From contig JBDGSL010000063.1 of the NCBI GenBank assembly GCA_042217555.1, positions 1 to 24,365 of the forward strand: DNA of 24,365 nt, read 5' to 3'. Below the pieces are notes generated by a model. It worked only from the letters and a program-made list of their open reading frames with translations. It was not told the origin of the DNA and did not search any database. The translations under genes and the position numbers were made by a program. Positions 7,629-16,794 of this stretch are shown one piece after another. How positions within the stretch are numbered: the first letter of the stretch is position 1; every line of letters begins with the position of its first letter. This DNA comes from Candidatus Nanohalobium sp. (lineage in GTDB: Archaea; Nanohalarchaeota; Nanosalinia; Nanosalinales; Nanosalinaceae).

Positions 7629-8759
7629 TTAGAATGTGTTGAGTTTGTTGTCCAGTATCATCTCTGTGATTTGTTCTATGTTTGCTAGTTCCTCTTCCGC
7701 TATCTTCCGGGCTTTTTCTCTGTCGGCTTCTGTCTGTATTTCAATGTTCTGTGGCTGGTTTAGGGGTGCTCCTATCTGTGAGAGGATCTTGACTTCTGCG
7801 AACTTCTCGGTTTCCGTGTTTATCCTGTGGGAGATTTTTTCTGCGAGCAGGTTGTAGATTTTTCCGACGTGTGTTACAGGGTTTTTACCTGAGGCTGCTT
7901 CCAGGCTCATCGATCTGTGAGGTGTTATCAATCCGTTTACCCGGTTGCCTCTGCCAACGCTGCCGTCATCTCCCATCTCGGCGGATGTACCCGTCTCCGT
8001 TATGTAAGCGGTTGCTTCTGTGTCTGCCGTGTTGACGTATACTTCTGGACTAAGTTCTTTATCCATGATTACTTCCCGGGCTTCCTGCTTCACCTGTTCA
8101 AGCACTTCGTCGTACTCTCTTCTGTCAGCTACCCTGGAGGATATCACAGCTGAAGCCACGGTTGTCTTCACAGTGTCTCCGTCGCGGAGGGCCATAACCT
8201 TGACATCCTCTCCGACTTCGCCGATGTTCCTCACCTCTTCTTCTATCTCCTGCACGGACTTTTCCACGGGTGAGAGCGGTGCGTGGCCGACTCCGAAACT
8301 GGTGTCGTTGGACCTTGGTTTTTCATCGGAGAAAACCGCTTTCAGATCGGTCGATGTCTCACCTATCATGGGTTTGAACTCGAAGTCCTCCGAACTCAAA
8401 GCCTTGAAGTTCTCATCGATATAGTTCCTGGCGGCTTCAAGCGCCAGTCTCTCAACCGGGATCTCTTCGTTCTGAAAACTGTGTGTGGCCCTGCCGGTAA
8501 GTATCAGTTTGATGGGCTGGATCAGTTCTCCGCCGCCGAACTCGGGCAGTGACTCACCTGCCACAAGCTGGGCCTCGTCAGTGTTGTGATGCAGTATATG
8601 ACCAAACCTGTCCCTGTACTCACGTGAAAGCTTTCTTGACACTGCTTCCGCTACACCGTCACATATAGAGTCAGGATGGCCTACACCCTTTCTCTCCACA
8701 AGTTCAGTACCTCTCTCCTTGACAGGATCTCCGTCCAACCTCTCGTATGAAAGATTCAT
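7629..8759 (-). CDS. mat: Archaeal-type S-adenosylmethionine synthetase
   Basis: ERKGVGHPDSICD, HHNTD, NDTSFGVG, GDDGSVGRGNRVNGLITP, GKNPVTHVGKIYN motifs. Confidence 0.96.
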   Translation of the reverse strand: MNLSYERLDGDPVKERGTELVERKGVGHPDSICDGVAEAVSRKLSREYRDRFGHILHHNTDEAQLVAGESLPEFGGGELIQPIKLILTGRATHSFQNEEIPVERLALEAARNYIDENFKALSSEDFEFKPMIGETSTDLKAVFSDEKPRSNDTSFGVGHAPLSPVEKSVQEIEEEVRNIGEVGEDVKVMALRDGDTVKTTVASAVISSRVADRREYDEVLEQVKQEAREVIMDKELSPEVYVNTADTEATAYITETGTSAEMGDDGSVGRGNRVNGLITPHRSMSLEAASGKNPVTHVGKIYNLLAEKISHRINTETEKFAEVKILSQIGAPLNQPQNIEIQTEADREKARKIAEEELANIEQITEMILDNKLNTF

Positions 8760-8789
8760 ACAAGAAAAGTTTGTGTCGGAAGGTTGAAG

Positions 8790-9131
8790 TCAGTGATGCT
8801 CCCTGATCTCGTGATTTTCCAGTAGAACCTTCCTAACCTTCTCCAGTTTCTCAAGATCTACATCTCCAGGCATGTACCTTTTCCGGGTTGAATCCGTACG
8901 TCTCTCCACTATATCCAGATCTTCAAGAACCTTCAGTGCTGAACCGGCTGTGCTGACAGGTAACGGGAACTCTTCCGCTACTTTGGAGGAGGTGAACGAA
9001 ACATTTTTCTTGACCTTGAAGTACCTCAGTGCAGATCTGAGAATGTAAAAGTTCGAGGTAAAACGGCTGTAGTTCCTGCCATCATGGTTCTTGGCGTCTA
9101 CCACCTCCTTCTTAATATCTTCAAGGCTCAT
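8790..9131 (-). CDS. Putative winged-helix DNA-binding protein
   Basis: FTSSKVAEEFPLPVSTAGSALKVLEDLDIVER has a wHTH pattern. Confidence 0.6.
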   Translation of the reverse strand: MSLEDIKKEVVDAKNHDGRNYSRFTSNFYILRSALRYFKVKKNVSFTSSKVAEEFPLPVSTAGSALKVLEDLDIVERRTDSTRKRYMPGDVDLEKLEKVRKVLLENHEIREHH

Positions 9132-9139
9132 GGAACTGA

Positions 9140-9439
9140 TTACCTGTTATACTCCGGTTTCTCCACTCCTATCCCGGCAAGCTTCAGATGTGCCGCGATC
9201 TGATGGGAACAGTTATCACCTTTAAACGGGCAGGGACAGAACGTCCTTCCAGTATCCACATCCACACCTACAACATACTCCGAGTGCTCACCCTCCACCT
9301 CTAACTGGTAGCGATCCCCTGAACGCATCTGTATAGACACACGGTCCTCATCTATCATCTTCCGAGCCTTACCCCATTTATGCAGATTCTCACGTTCACC
9401 ACGGGAAAACTCTTCATCGTTCAAAGCTTCAGTCAACAC
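9140..9439 (-). CDS. SWIM zinc-finger protein
   Basis: V-x-G…Y-x-V…CPCPFKGDNCSH (CxC-xn-CxH); GGAGG before the GTG start. Confidence 0.8.
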   Translation of the reverse strand: MLTEALNDEEFSRGERENLHKWGKARKMIDEDRVSIQMRSGDRYQLEVEGEHSEYVVGVDVDTGRTFCPCPFKGDNCSHQIAAHLKLAGIGVEKPEYNR

Positions 9440-9506
9440 CCTCTCTCCTCCTTCCTTATGAAATATAACTCAACCAGGAAAAGATAAAAAGAACACCTCA
9501 GATAAG

Positions 9507-10187
9507 ATGGGCATGTCTCAGAACTGGCCTACCGGAGAACAGAAACAGGAATACGAAGAAACAGGTTCCAAAGTAGAACCAAAGAAAGTACTGGAAGAAC
9601 TGGAAAAAGCAGTGGATACGGCCCGTAAAGAGGTTGGCCACGGCGAGACATACACATGGCTTAAACACGTGACACCGGACGGACACTTCTCAAACATCAT
9701 GTACAGGGCGACACAGGGAGAACCACTGACAAGAAAAAAAGGCTCCGTCAACGACGTAAGAGAAGAACTTGAAGACAACTGGGACCTGGAAAGCCTCGAA
9801 AAAGAAGTAAAAAAGCTGCCAGAGACAGACTACCGCCTATACTCTATTGATAGACAGCCGTGGAAGGAAAGTACAACATGGGAAACCTACTCCGCACTCA
9901 CCTGCCTGCTTCACAGAGAAGGAGAGAAAGAAAAAGTACTTGGCGAAAACCACCTTCACTACGAACTAGACACACAGCAGATAGAAAAACTCCTCGAATC
10001 AGAAGACATCACACAGAAAAAGATAAGAAAACTGGGAAAAGCATACATCGGCCTGGAAAAAACAGGGACAACACTGAAAGACGGCATAAAAATATACATA
10101 CAGGAACAAACAGTAGAAAACACAGTAAAAGACCTTGAAAACTACTCCTGCAAAGAAATACTCGAACCAACACAGAAAACTCACTGA
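9507..10187 (+). CDS. Hypothetical protein, 226 aa
   Basis: Long E/K-rich ORF, divergent from the SWIM gene. Confidence 0.75.
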   Translation: MGMSQNWPTGEQKQEYEETGSKVEPKKVLEELEKAVDTARKEVGHGETYTWLKHVTPDGHFSNIMYRATQGEPLTRKKGSVNDVREELEDNWDLESLEKEVKKLPETDYRLYSIDRQPWKESTTWETYSALTCLLHREGEKEKVLGENHLHYELDTQQIEKLLESEDITQKKIRKLGKAYIGLEKTGTTLKDGIKIYIQEQTVENTVKDLENYSCKEILEPTQKTH

Positions 10188-10237
10188 ACCCAGAACTCCA
10201 GAAAAAATATTCCCTCGACCGCACTCAAATACAAGAA

Positions 10238-10311
10238 TCCCGACTCCAGGATTTGAACCTGGGACAATCCGCTCTACAGGCGGACGCTCTGCCAGACTGA
10301 GCTAAGTCGGG
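10238..10311 (-). tRNA. tRNA-Tyr (GTA), intronless, CCA not encoded
   Basis: Cloverleaf: acceptor CCCGACT/AGTCGGG+A, anticodon arm TCCGC-CTGTAGA-GCGGA, T-loop TTCAAAT; C1:G72 and a short variable arm, as in archaeal Tyr. Confidence 0.95.
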
Positions 10312-10405
10312 TTTTTTGGTTTTAGCCGGTTAAGAAGTGCTTGGTTTTGCACCGGGAGGGCTAAGGTTAGGGGGGTTGGTATCCGTGTTTTTGGACAGAA
10401 TTTTT

Positions 10406-11776
10406 TTAAGTGGTGTCGGGTTTGAATCTTGTTGAGGCTGTTTTGCTTTCTGCTATTTTCTGGCCGTTCTGGTCTTTCAGGGTTGCGGATTGCAGTTTTG
10501 CTTTTCCTTCTACTTCTAGTTTGGGTTCTATCCTGTACTGGATTATTCTCTGGTCTCCTGGTTCGAGTTTTTCTATTTTCCAGTCGAGTACTGTGCCTTT
10601 GGATGTTTTCCTTACTTCTGGGGTGTTCATGTGGAAGGTTTTGGAGACGTTTGCTATGTCGGGTATGAAGTCTTCTAGCTGGAGTTGTCTGAATGTTTTG
10701 TCGGTTGTGTTTGTTATTTCTATCTTGACTTTGACTTCTCCTTTTTCGTATTCGGTGGTTTTCTGTATCTGTATTTCCTGTCCGAGTTTCTTGACGGCTG
10801 TGATGACGGCGGCGAGCAGGAGTGTTGCGGTCAGTGGTATCCAGTAACGTGTGGTGTATGAGGCTGTGTAGCTTTCACCGGGTTTCAGGTTGTTCTTCCA
10901 GGTGTAGATGGTGTTGCCTTCTACTTCCTTGGTTGTGTTGGGTTCGGGTGTTGTGGTGGTTATGGGTGTCAGGTAGGAAGGTATCTGAAGTGTTAGTGTT
11001 GCTTTGCTGGGCGAGTTACCTGTGTTCCGGACAGTCTGATTCTTGGAGAGTGTTAGTATCCTGTTTTCGGTCGATGAGTTCCTGGAGATGTTGACCACTT
11101 CTTCTATCCTGATGTTTTTCTCCGTTGAGACGTCTATTTCTCCGTTTACCCTGGTCCTGTACTTCAGCGTGTGGTTTCCGGGCCTGGAGTCAGGGCTTAC
11201 TCTGAAGCTGTAGTCGTAGATTCTTTCTCCGCCGGGAAGTATGGCTGTACCACTTTTTGACCTGGTCTGGTTTCGGTAAGCTGTTTCAACACTGTAATCG
11301 TTTAGAGGCGTGTTGTCAAGGTTTCTTACTCTTACTGATGTTTCCAGTACTTCTCCCGGGTTGAAACTGTTTTCTTCCAGTTTTACATCTTTTATCTGTA
11401 GTCTGTACGGCTGGCTGACCTGAAGGAACCCTGTAACTGTTTTGACATTTCCTGTTTCGACTTCTCTTGCCTTGAGCTTGAACCTGTATCTTTCCTGCAA
11501 CGCATTTTTAACCGGTGAGGCAGTTAGGTTGAATGTATTGCTGGATTCAGCGTCTACGTTGACGGTGCTGGAGGTGTAGAACCATGAGGAGCGTGGTGAG
11601 ATCAGTGAAATACTGTAACTGTGGTTATCTGTGTCTGTGTTGGATAGGTTGACCTGGTAGTCAGCGGGGCTTTCCGGGCCTGCAGTGTTTTCTTCAGGTT
11701 GCAGCGACAGGTTGAAGGCTGCTGCAGGAAGCACCATGAGAACTGTTACCAGGGCCAGTAAAGTTTTCTTTTTCAT
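10406..11776 (-). CDS. Membrane-anchored surface protein with beta-sandwich (CARDB/DUF11-like) domains
   Basis: Signal peptide MKKKTLLALVTVLMVLPAAA; V-x-N motifs; TM helix YWIPLTATLLLAAVITAV; C-terminal 'D-x-IP…W-x-I…L-x-PG…I-x-Y' domain. Confidence 0.7.
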   Translation of the reverse strand: MKKKTLLALVTVLMVLPAAAFNLSLQPEENTAGPESPADYQVNLSNTDTDNHSYSISLISPRSSWFYTSSTVNVDAESSNTFNLTASPVKNALQERYRFKLKAREVETGNVKTVTGFLQVSQPYRLQIKDVKLEENSFNPGEVLETSVRVRNLDNTPLNDYSVETAYRNQTRSKSGTAILPGGERIYDYSFRVSPDSRPGNHTLKYRTRVNGEIDVSTEKNIRIEEVVNISRNSSTENRILTLSKNQTVRNTGNSPSKATLTLQIPSYLTPITTTTPEPNTTKEVEGNTIYTWKNNLKPGESYTASYTTRYWIPLTATLLLAAVITAVKKLGQEIQIQKTTEYEKGEVKVKIEITNTTDKTFRQLQLEDFIPDIANVSKTFHMNTPEVRKTSKGTVLDWKIEKLEPGDQRIIQYRIEPKLEVEGKAKLQSATLKDQNGQKIAESKTASTRFKPDTT

Positions 11777-11819
11777 CTTGTACAGGTGTTTTTTGGACGT
11801 CCAGTTTATTAAAAACAGG

Positions 11820-12638
11820 TTACATGCCGGTGATAACTCTCAGGAATACCCGGAAACCTGTTCCAAGCCCTACTGAGTAGAAAGTGATCAGGACGATTCC
11901 TTTCAGCTGCTTATCTTCTATATCCTTCAGGATGTAAAGTGCCAGGCCCACCAGTGCTGCTTTCATCACCAGTACTCCAGGAGACCCCATCAAACGGTAG
12001 AATGTTCCGGCAAGTATCTGCTTGGGCACGTAGCTTTCCGGGGTAAGGTAGCTGCTTAGTGCAGAGGCTGATCCCTCGAAGAACTGGGAGAACGCTACCA
12101 GCACCAGCGGCGTTGAAATGTACTCATCTCTTGCCAGAAACCGATAAGCTCCGGTTAACACTGTTGTCAGTCCAATGGTTGCCGCGAAGTACAGAAAGTT
12201 GAAGCCGGTGAACACGGTAGTGGAAAAGGCCAGAAGCGGCAGTAAAAGTGTCAGACCGTAAATCGAAAGCTCTCTGTCCTCAAGGTAGTAAACTCCTGGC
12301 AGATAGAATAGCGCTATCAGCAGGTAGATCAACGGCGTCACCAGTACAGCGTCGAAAGGATAGGGTACTGCCGCTGCATCCTCAAGAAATCTTAGAGCAC
12401 CGCCCAGAAGTACAAAAGGCAGCGAATGTACAGCTGTGGAGCTGCTAAAGCTTACATCTTCTCTTCTGAAAAACCTGGCGGTAAAGTAGAGAATTGTTGC
12501 TGCCACGGAGGCATAGACAACTGTATTAACCGGGTTATAACCTGGTGCAGCTGTTACACTGTTCCAGGTCAGTTCCTGTACGTTCCTGGCGTCGGCCAGT
12601 ACCGGTCCGACAAGGTACTTCCAGATGAACTCTTTCAC
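11820..12638 (-). CDS. DUF63 family membrane protein
   Basis: GYNPVNT, GGALRFLED, LVTPLIY motifs; multiple TM helices. Confidence 0.85.
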   Translation of the reverse strand: MKEFIWKYLVGPVLADARNVQELTWNSVTAAPGYNPVNTVVYASVAATILYFTARFFRREDVSFSSSTAVHSLPFVLLGGALRFLEDAAAVPYPFDAVLVTPLIYLLIALFYLPGVYYLEDRELSIYGLTLLLPLLAFSTTVFTGFNFLYFAATIGLTTVLTGAYRFLARDEYISTPLVLVAFSQFFEGSASALSSYLTPESYVPKQILAGTFYRLMGSPGVLVMKAALVGLALYILKDIEDKQLKGIVLITFYSVGLGTGFRVFLRVITGM

Positions 12639-12639
12639 A

Positions 12640-12993
12640 TTACTCTTCTTTATCGGCAGGCTTCAAATGGTTTCTGGCCCAGCTCTCCAGTTCTTTAAGC
12701 ACAGGTTTCAGCTCTCTTCCGTTCTCGGTCAGGGAGTACTCGACCCTGTACGGTTGTTCGCGTACTACTTCTCTTTCCACCAGTCCTTTCTCCTGTAGGT
12801 CTTCAAGGCTTTCTGAAAGCACTTTACTTGATATGCCGTTTACATCTTCTTTCAACTGGTTGAAACCGGCAGGGCTTTCTACAAGCATAGATATTATCAC
12901 AGGGTGCCATTTCTTCCCCAGAAGGTTTGAAGCTGCAGTCATAGGACACCATTCCTCGCCTGCACACCATGTAGGAATCCTCTGCTCTGCCAT
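12640..12993 (-). CDS. HxlR family winged-helix transcriptional regulator
   Basis: CP…LGKKW…FNQL…GISSKVLSESL…VEYSLTENG. Confidence 0.92.
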   Translation of the reverse strand: MAEQRIPTWCAGEEWCPMTAASNLLGKKWHPVIISMLVESPAGFNQLKEDVNGISSKVLSESLEDLQEKGLVEREVVREQPYRVEYSLTENGRELKPVLKELESWARNHLKPADKEE

Positions 12994-13111
12994 ATTTAAT
13001 GAATGGTTCGAAAACCTTTTGTAGATAACAAGATGTTATCAGGTTACTTTTTCTCACTGGAGAAGAGGGGGGGAGGGGTTTTTTCTTTTTACATCTGTAA
13101 GTTTTCTGTGT

Positions 13112-13450
13112 ATGGTCGTGGTCCTGGATTCGACAGGTATGGAACTGGGAAAGCATGCTTACGCCCAGATGATGGATTTCGGGGTTGACCCGGAGTTGAG
13201 GGAGGAGGACGTGGTTGACGTGCCACGTGTTATATCGCAGTCAGATGAACGTTACTTCCTGTTTGTGGTTCTGGCAGAGGAAAGGTTTGTTGAACAGGTG
13301 ATGGGGAAAGTGCTTGACCTTGAGGAGGATGTCCACGTGGAGAAAGTTGTCCTGAAAAGGAAGGAAGAGGGCAGAGAAGTGTTTGAGAGGCGAGCAGCCC
13401 GGAAGGTAAGGGAGAAATCCGAGGTACTGGCCGAAGAGGTGGCAGGATGA
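13112..13450 (+). CDS. Hypothetical protein, 112 aa
   Basis: Acidic ORF overlapping the next gene by ATGA. Confidence 0.7.
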   Translation: MVVVLDSTGMELGKHAYAQMMDFGVDPELREEDVVDVPRVISQSDERYFLFVVLAEERFVEQVMGKVLDLEEDVHVEKVVLKRKEEGREVFERRAARKVREKSEVLAEEVAG

Positions 13451-13980
13451 AGCCTGATGCAGAGTTCATAGAGGAACAGCTTGGATACTACAGTGAGACA
13501 CAGGGTGTGCTACCGGAAAAGCTGCAGGAGTTTGGGGAAAAGTACCGGAGACAGGGTTATCTGACACAGGAGCAGCTCCACGGGATAGCCTATGAATCAA
13601 GTACTAGAAGCGCATACCATGTCAGAAAGAACCCGGAGGAGAGATGCAGAGAAGTCACGTCAAATGCTTTGAAACTGGAAGAAGACTTCTCAAGGATAAC
13701 ACTTCTCTGCGGTCTCAAAGGCTTCAAGGCACCTACAGCATCCTGTATACTTACAGCCCTCAACCCGGGGAGGCACGCCGTGGTTGACACACGTGTCTGG
13801 GCCTCACTTGAAAGACTTGGCTATCTGGAAGGCAGGAAGGAAAGCTTCGGCCCTGACGATTATGTGAAGATGATCGAATATTTACGTATAATCGCAGAAG
13901 AAACGGGTAAGACAACTGCAGAAACAGGGTACGCACTGTTCGCCTATGATGAACGTGTGAGGGAGGGAACCCTGCACTGA
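13447..13980 (+). CDS. Helix-hairpin-helix (HhH-GPD-like) protein, possible DNA glycosylase
   Basis: LCGLKGFKAPTASCIL…P…AVVDTRV resembles HhH followed by the V-D motif. Confidence 0.6.
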   Translation: MKPDAEFIEEQLGYYSETQGVLPEKLQEFGEKYRRQGYLTQEQLHGIAYESSTRSAYHVRKNPEERCREVTSNALKLEEDFSRITLLCGLKGFKAPTASCILTALNPGRHAVVDTRVWASLERLGYLEGRKESFGPDDYVKMIEYLRIIAEETGKTTAETGYALFAYDERVREGTLH

Positions 13981-15008
13981 ACAAGACGCCTCCACTTCAA
14001 CCGGGCTATGTAGAAGACCCGTACAAGATCTTTCAACCGGCGGGAGGGAAAGCCATTCCACAGTATTCTGCCACCCTGGACTATGAAACCTGTATCTCCT
14101 ACACTTGCGATTAGAGGCGCCTTACTTCCACTTATTTTCTTCTCTCCTCCCAGCAGGTTTTCAACTATTACGTCAGCCTGCTCCATTGCATTGTGCGCCG
14201 TCTTCTTCTCACCTGTATCTGCGTTATCGCCGCCTGCAAATATATCTTCATGTTCCACTGACCGCAGACGTTTATCTACTTCAAGTCCGGAAGCGTCGGC
14301 GTCAAGAGAGTCCTGCACCACGTAAGACGCTTCCACACCGCCACACCAGACCGCTATGTCTGCTTCTATGCTTTCACCGGAACGGAAAAACACCTTGCCG
14401 CCGTCTATCTCCACGACCTCCCGGCCGCCCAGGAAGTCAACATCAAGAGAGTTCAGAGTTTCAAGCACGGAGCCGGAGGCAGACCTGGAGAGCTGTGGCA
14501 TAGGCCTTTCAGCAGCCTCCACTACTGTAGTACTGACACCTGTCTCAGCCAGCTCTCCTGCCACCTCCACACCGAGATAGCCGGAACCCACGACCACACA
14601 GCTTTCAGCCTTATCCATCTCCGACTTCAACCGTTCAACTCCTTCAACATTCCACACATCAAACGCATCCGAGATATCAACACCGAAACTTCTAACCCTT
14701 CCTCCCAGACCCAGCACAAGACTATCGTAACCCAACACCCTGTCATCAAGTATTAACTTCTTCTCCCCGGCATCCACTTCTCTTACTCTTCCCTCAACAA
14801 GTTCAACGCCACAGCCATCCATAAAATCTTTCAGATCCAGGGTAAGACTGTCAACGCTGAAACGACCTCTCAAAACATCTACAAGTCCCGGTACAAAGAC
14901 ATGTGATAGATCCTCATCCACAAGCACCACTTCTTTCTCCGAGGCCAAGCCTAGGGCAACATTAACACCCAGAAAACCTCCGCCAGCAACCAAAACCTTC
15001 TCAGCCAC
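13944..15008 (-). CDS. NAD(P)/FAD-dependent oxidoreductase (NDH-2/SQR-like)
   Basis: GGGFLG, YDSLVLGLG, VVVGSGYLGVEVAGEL, IFAGGD. Likely GTG start at 15008 given the TATA position near 15033-15040. Confidence 0.88.
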   Translation of the reverse strand: MAEKVLVAGGGFLGVNVALGLASEKEVVLVDEDLSHVFVPGLVDVLRGRFSVDSLTLDLKDFMDGCGVELVEGRVREVDAGEKKLILDDRVLGYDSLVLGLGGRVRSFGVDISDAFDVWNVEGVERLKSEMDKAESCVVVGSGYLGVEVAGELAETGVSTTVVEAAERPMPQLSRSASGSVLETLNSLDVDFLGGREVVEIDGGKVFFRSGESIEADIAVWCGGVEASYVVQDSLDADASGLEVDKRLRSVEHEDIFAGGDNADTGEKKTAHNAMEQADVIVENLLGGEKKISGSKAPLIASVGDTGFIVQGGRILWNGFPSRRLKDLVRVFYIARLKWRRLVQCRVPSLTRSS

Positions 15009-15130
15009 AGTTAACAAAAACACAGAAAAACAGACTTAAAACCATCGACGCAGAAAGAACACTGTCTCCCTCCAGGATCGCGAAGAGAAACATGCCATCC
15101 TAAAAACCTGACTACAGTAAAGTTTTTTGC

Positions 15131-15766
15131 ATGGAAAACCCGGATCAAAAATTCAGATTCACCGCCCTGAAGCTCTGCACAGCTCTCACAGCAGTCTACG
15201 CTTTCCAGGCCGCAACCGGTTTCAACCCTGGTTTCCGTCCAGGAGAACCTTTCTTGAAGTTCTTCACCTCGATCTTCGGCCACTCCGGTATAGAACACCT
15301 GTTTAACAACCTGTTCTTCATAGGCCTGTTCGGGTCAGTCTACGAGAAAAGGACTTCATCCAGAGCCTTCCTACTGACCTTCCTGACCTCAGCGCTTTTC
15401 GGTAACCTGGCCGCATTCATATTCTACCCTGACTCCTTCATAATAGGTGCATCCGCAGGAGGCATGGGAGTGATGGCAGCCCTGGCAGTCTACCGTCCTA
15501 ACCAGATAGGCCTGGGTCTGGGAGTACCACTGCCGATGTGGGCAGTACTGTTATCCTACATCTTCATCGATCTATCAGGTCTGACCACCGCGACCGATGT
15601 TGCGAACGAAGCTCACCTGATGGGTGTTCTCGCCGGCGCCGCTATAGGATTCCAGCTTAGGGAGAAAAGCTACGGCAAAGGAATTAAGGTAAACGATGTC
15701 GAACTTGAAGAAGAGTCATGGAAACAGAAGATAAGAAGATGGGAGGAAAAATGGATGATGGATTAA
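15131..15766 (+). CDS. Rhomboid family intramembrane serine protease
   Basis: TSIFGH…HLFNN, catalytic GASAG and AHLMG; TM helices. Confidence 0.92.
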   Translation: MENPDQKFRFTALKLCTALTAVYAFQAATGFNPGFRPGEPFLKFFTSIFGHSGIEHLFNNLFFIGLFGSVYEKRTSSRAFLLTFLTSALFGNLAAFIFYPDSFIIGASAGGMGVMAALAVYRPNQIGLGLGVPLPMWAVLLSYIFIDLSGLTTATDVANEAHLMGVLAGAAIGFQLREKSYGKGIKVNDVELEEESWKQKIRRWEEKWMMD

Positions 15767-16092
15767 CGTATATCCACTCTCATATCTCCGTAAGCATCTT
15801 CAAGTCCTTCGGCCGCCTCCAAGACAGATCTATCTCTAGCGCCCTGGAACCTTGCGCTAACTCCTGAAGAGAGGACGTCTGCGGTTGCGTCCACAACCAT
15901 CCCATGTACTGAACCTGAAACAGCAGACTCTATAAAACCTAAACCGCTTCCTATCATCGCTATGTCTGAAATCTTGGTAAGTGTATCGTTTCTACTTACC
16001 TTTCTCTCTGCCAGTTCTCTGGCCTCTTCCTCACTGTAACGTGAGTCTGTCTCCTGCAGTTTTCGATCAGCTGATTCAAACCCTTGCTTCAT
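15763..16092 (-). CDS. Hypothetical protein, possibly the distal half of a split gene
   Basis: Acidic ORF with a G/S-rich hydrophobic segment; ATG at 16092 overlaps the upstream ORF. Confidence 0.5.
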   Translation of the reverse strand: MKQGFESADRKLQETDSRYSEEEARELAERKVSRNDTLTKISDIAMIGSGLGFIESAVSGSVHGMVVDATADVLSSGVSARFQGARDRSVLEAAEGLEDAYGDMRVDIR

Positions 16093-16324
16093 ACGGGTTG
16101 TCAAGAACGGTAGAAGCCATGTCCTCTAAAGTTCCTAGTAGATCGAACTTATCCTGCATTTCATCTTCCGCATAACTCGGATCTACCACGATCCTGTAGG
16201 CCGTATTGTTAACTGAGGAGTTTTCCAGTAGCTTAACCACGCCTTCAGGATTGTTTTCAGCTATCTCACCATAGGTAACACACTCTCCATTCTCAACCTG
16301 TTCAAGATAACCTGCAAGCTTCAC
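16076..16324 (-). CDS. Hypothetical protein, 82 aa
   Basis: Acidic ORF with GTG start. Confidence 0.5.
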   Translation of the reverse strand: MKLAGYLEQVENGECVTYGEIAENNPEGVVKLLENSSVNNTAYRIVVDPSYAEDEMQDKFDLLGTLEDMASTVLDNPYEARV

Positions 16325-16361
16325 ATTGTTGTTATTCTACAGTATCAGGCTCTGTAAACTA

Positions 16362-16781
16362 TTAGAGAGGGCTGAAGTCTCTGTCATCTGCTGAGTCTTC
16401 TTTCTCTTCATTGTCATTGCTTCTTCTTTTTCTCCCACCCTGGTTTCGGCTTCTGCCTTTTTTCTTCTGTTGGCTGTCATGACTCTGGTTTCCACGTCTC
16501 TGTCTTTTCTGCTGTCTCTGGTTGCTGTCCTGTTTCCGCTGTCTCTGAGTACTTCTCCCACCCTGGTTTTGCTGCCTGTCCTGCCCTTGTTGCTGTTGGC
16601 CTTGTTGTATCTGCTGTATGAAACGTTCCGTGTCTACCCCGGCTTCGTCCAGTGCGTTCAAGTGTCTTTCCAGTTGGCTGTTAACTATCTGCAGAAGTCT
16701 TGAAAGTTCTTTTTTCTCGTGGAGAAGTGTTTCTACTGCGCCTTTGTGTTTACCGACTTCTTCGCTCATGTCATTGTTCAT
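16362..16781 (-). CDS. Small helical protein with a Q/R-rich disordered tail
   Basis: Amphipathic N-terminal helices followed by QQIQQGQQQQGQDRQQNQ…; directly downstream of the TraB-family gene. Confidence 0.75.
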   Translation of the reverse strand: MNNDMSEEVGKHKGAVETLLHEKKELSRLLQIVNSQLERHLNALDEAGVDTERFIQQIQQGQQQQGQDRQQNQGGRSTQRQRKQDSNQRQQKRQRRGNQSHDSQQKKKGRSRNQGGRKRRSNDNEEKEDSADDRDFSPL

Positions 16782-16794
16782 GTTCTGGAGGGTT

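Noticed and set aside
10200..10330. tRNA-Tyr as an integration (att) site
   Set aside because: I found no duplicate of the tRNA 3' end and no integrase in the window.
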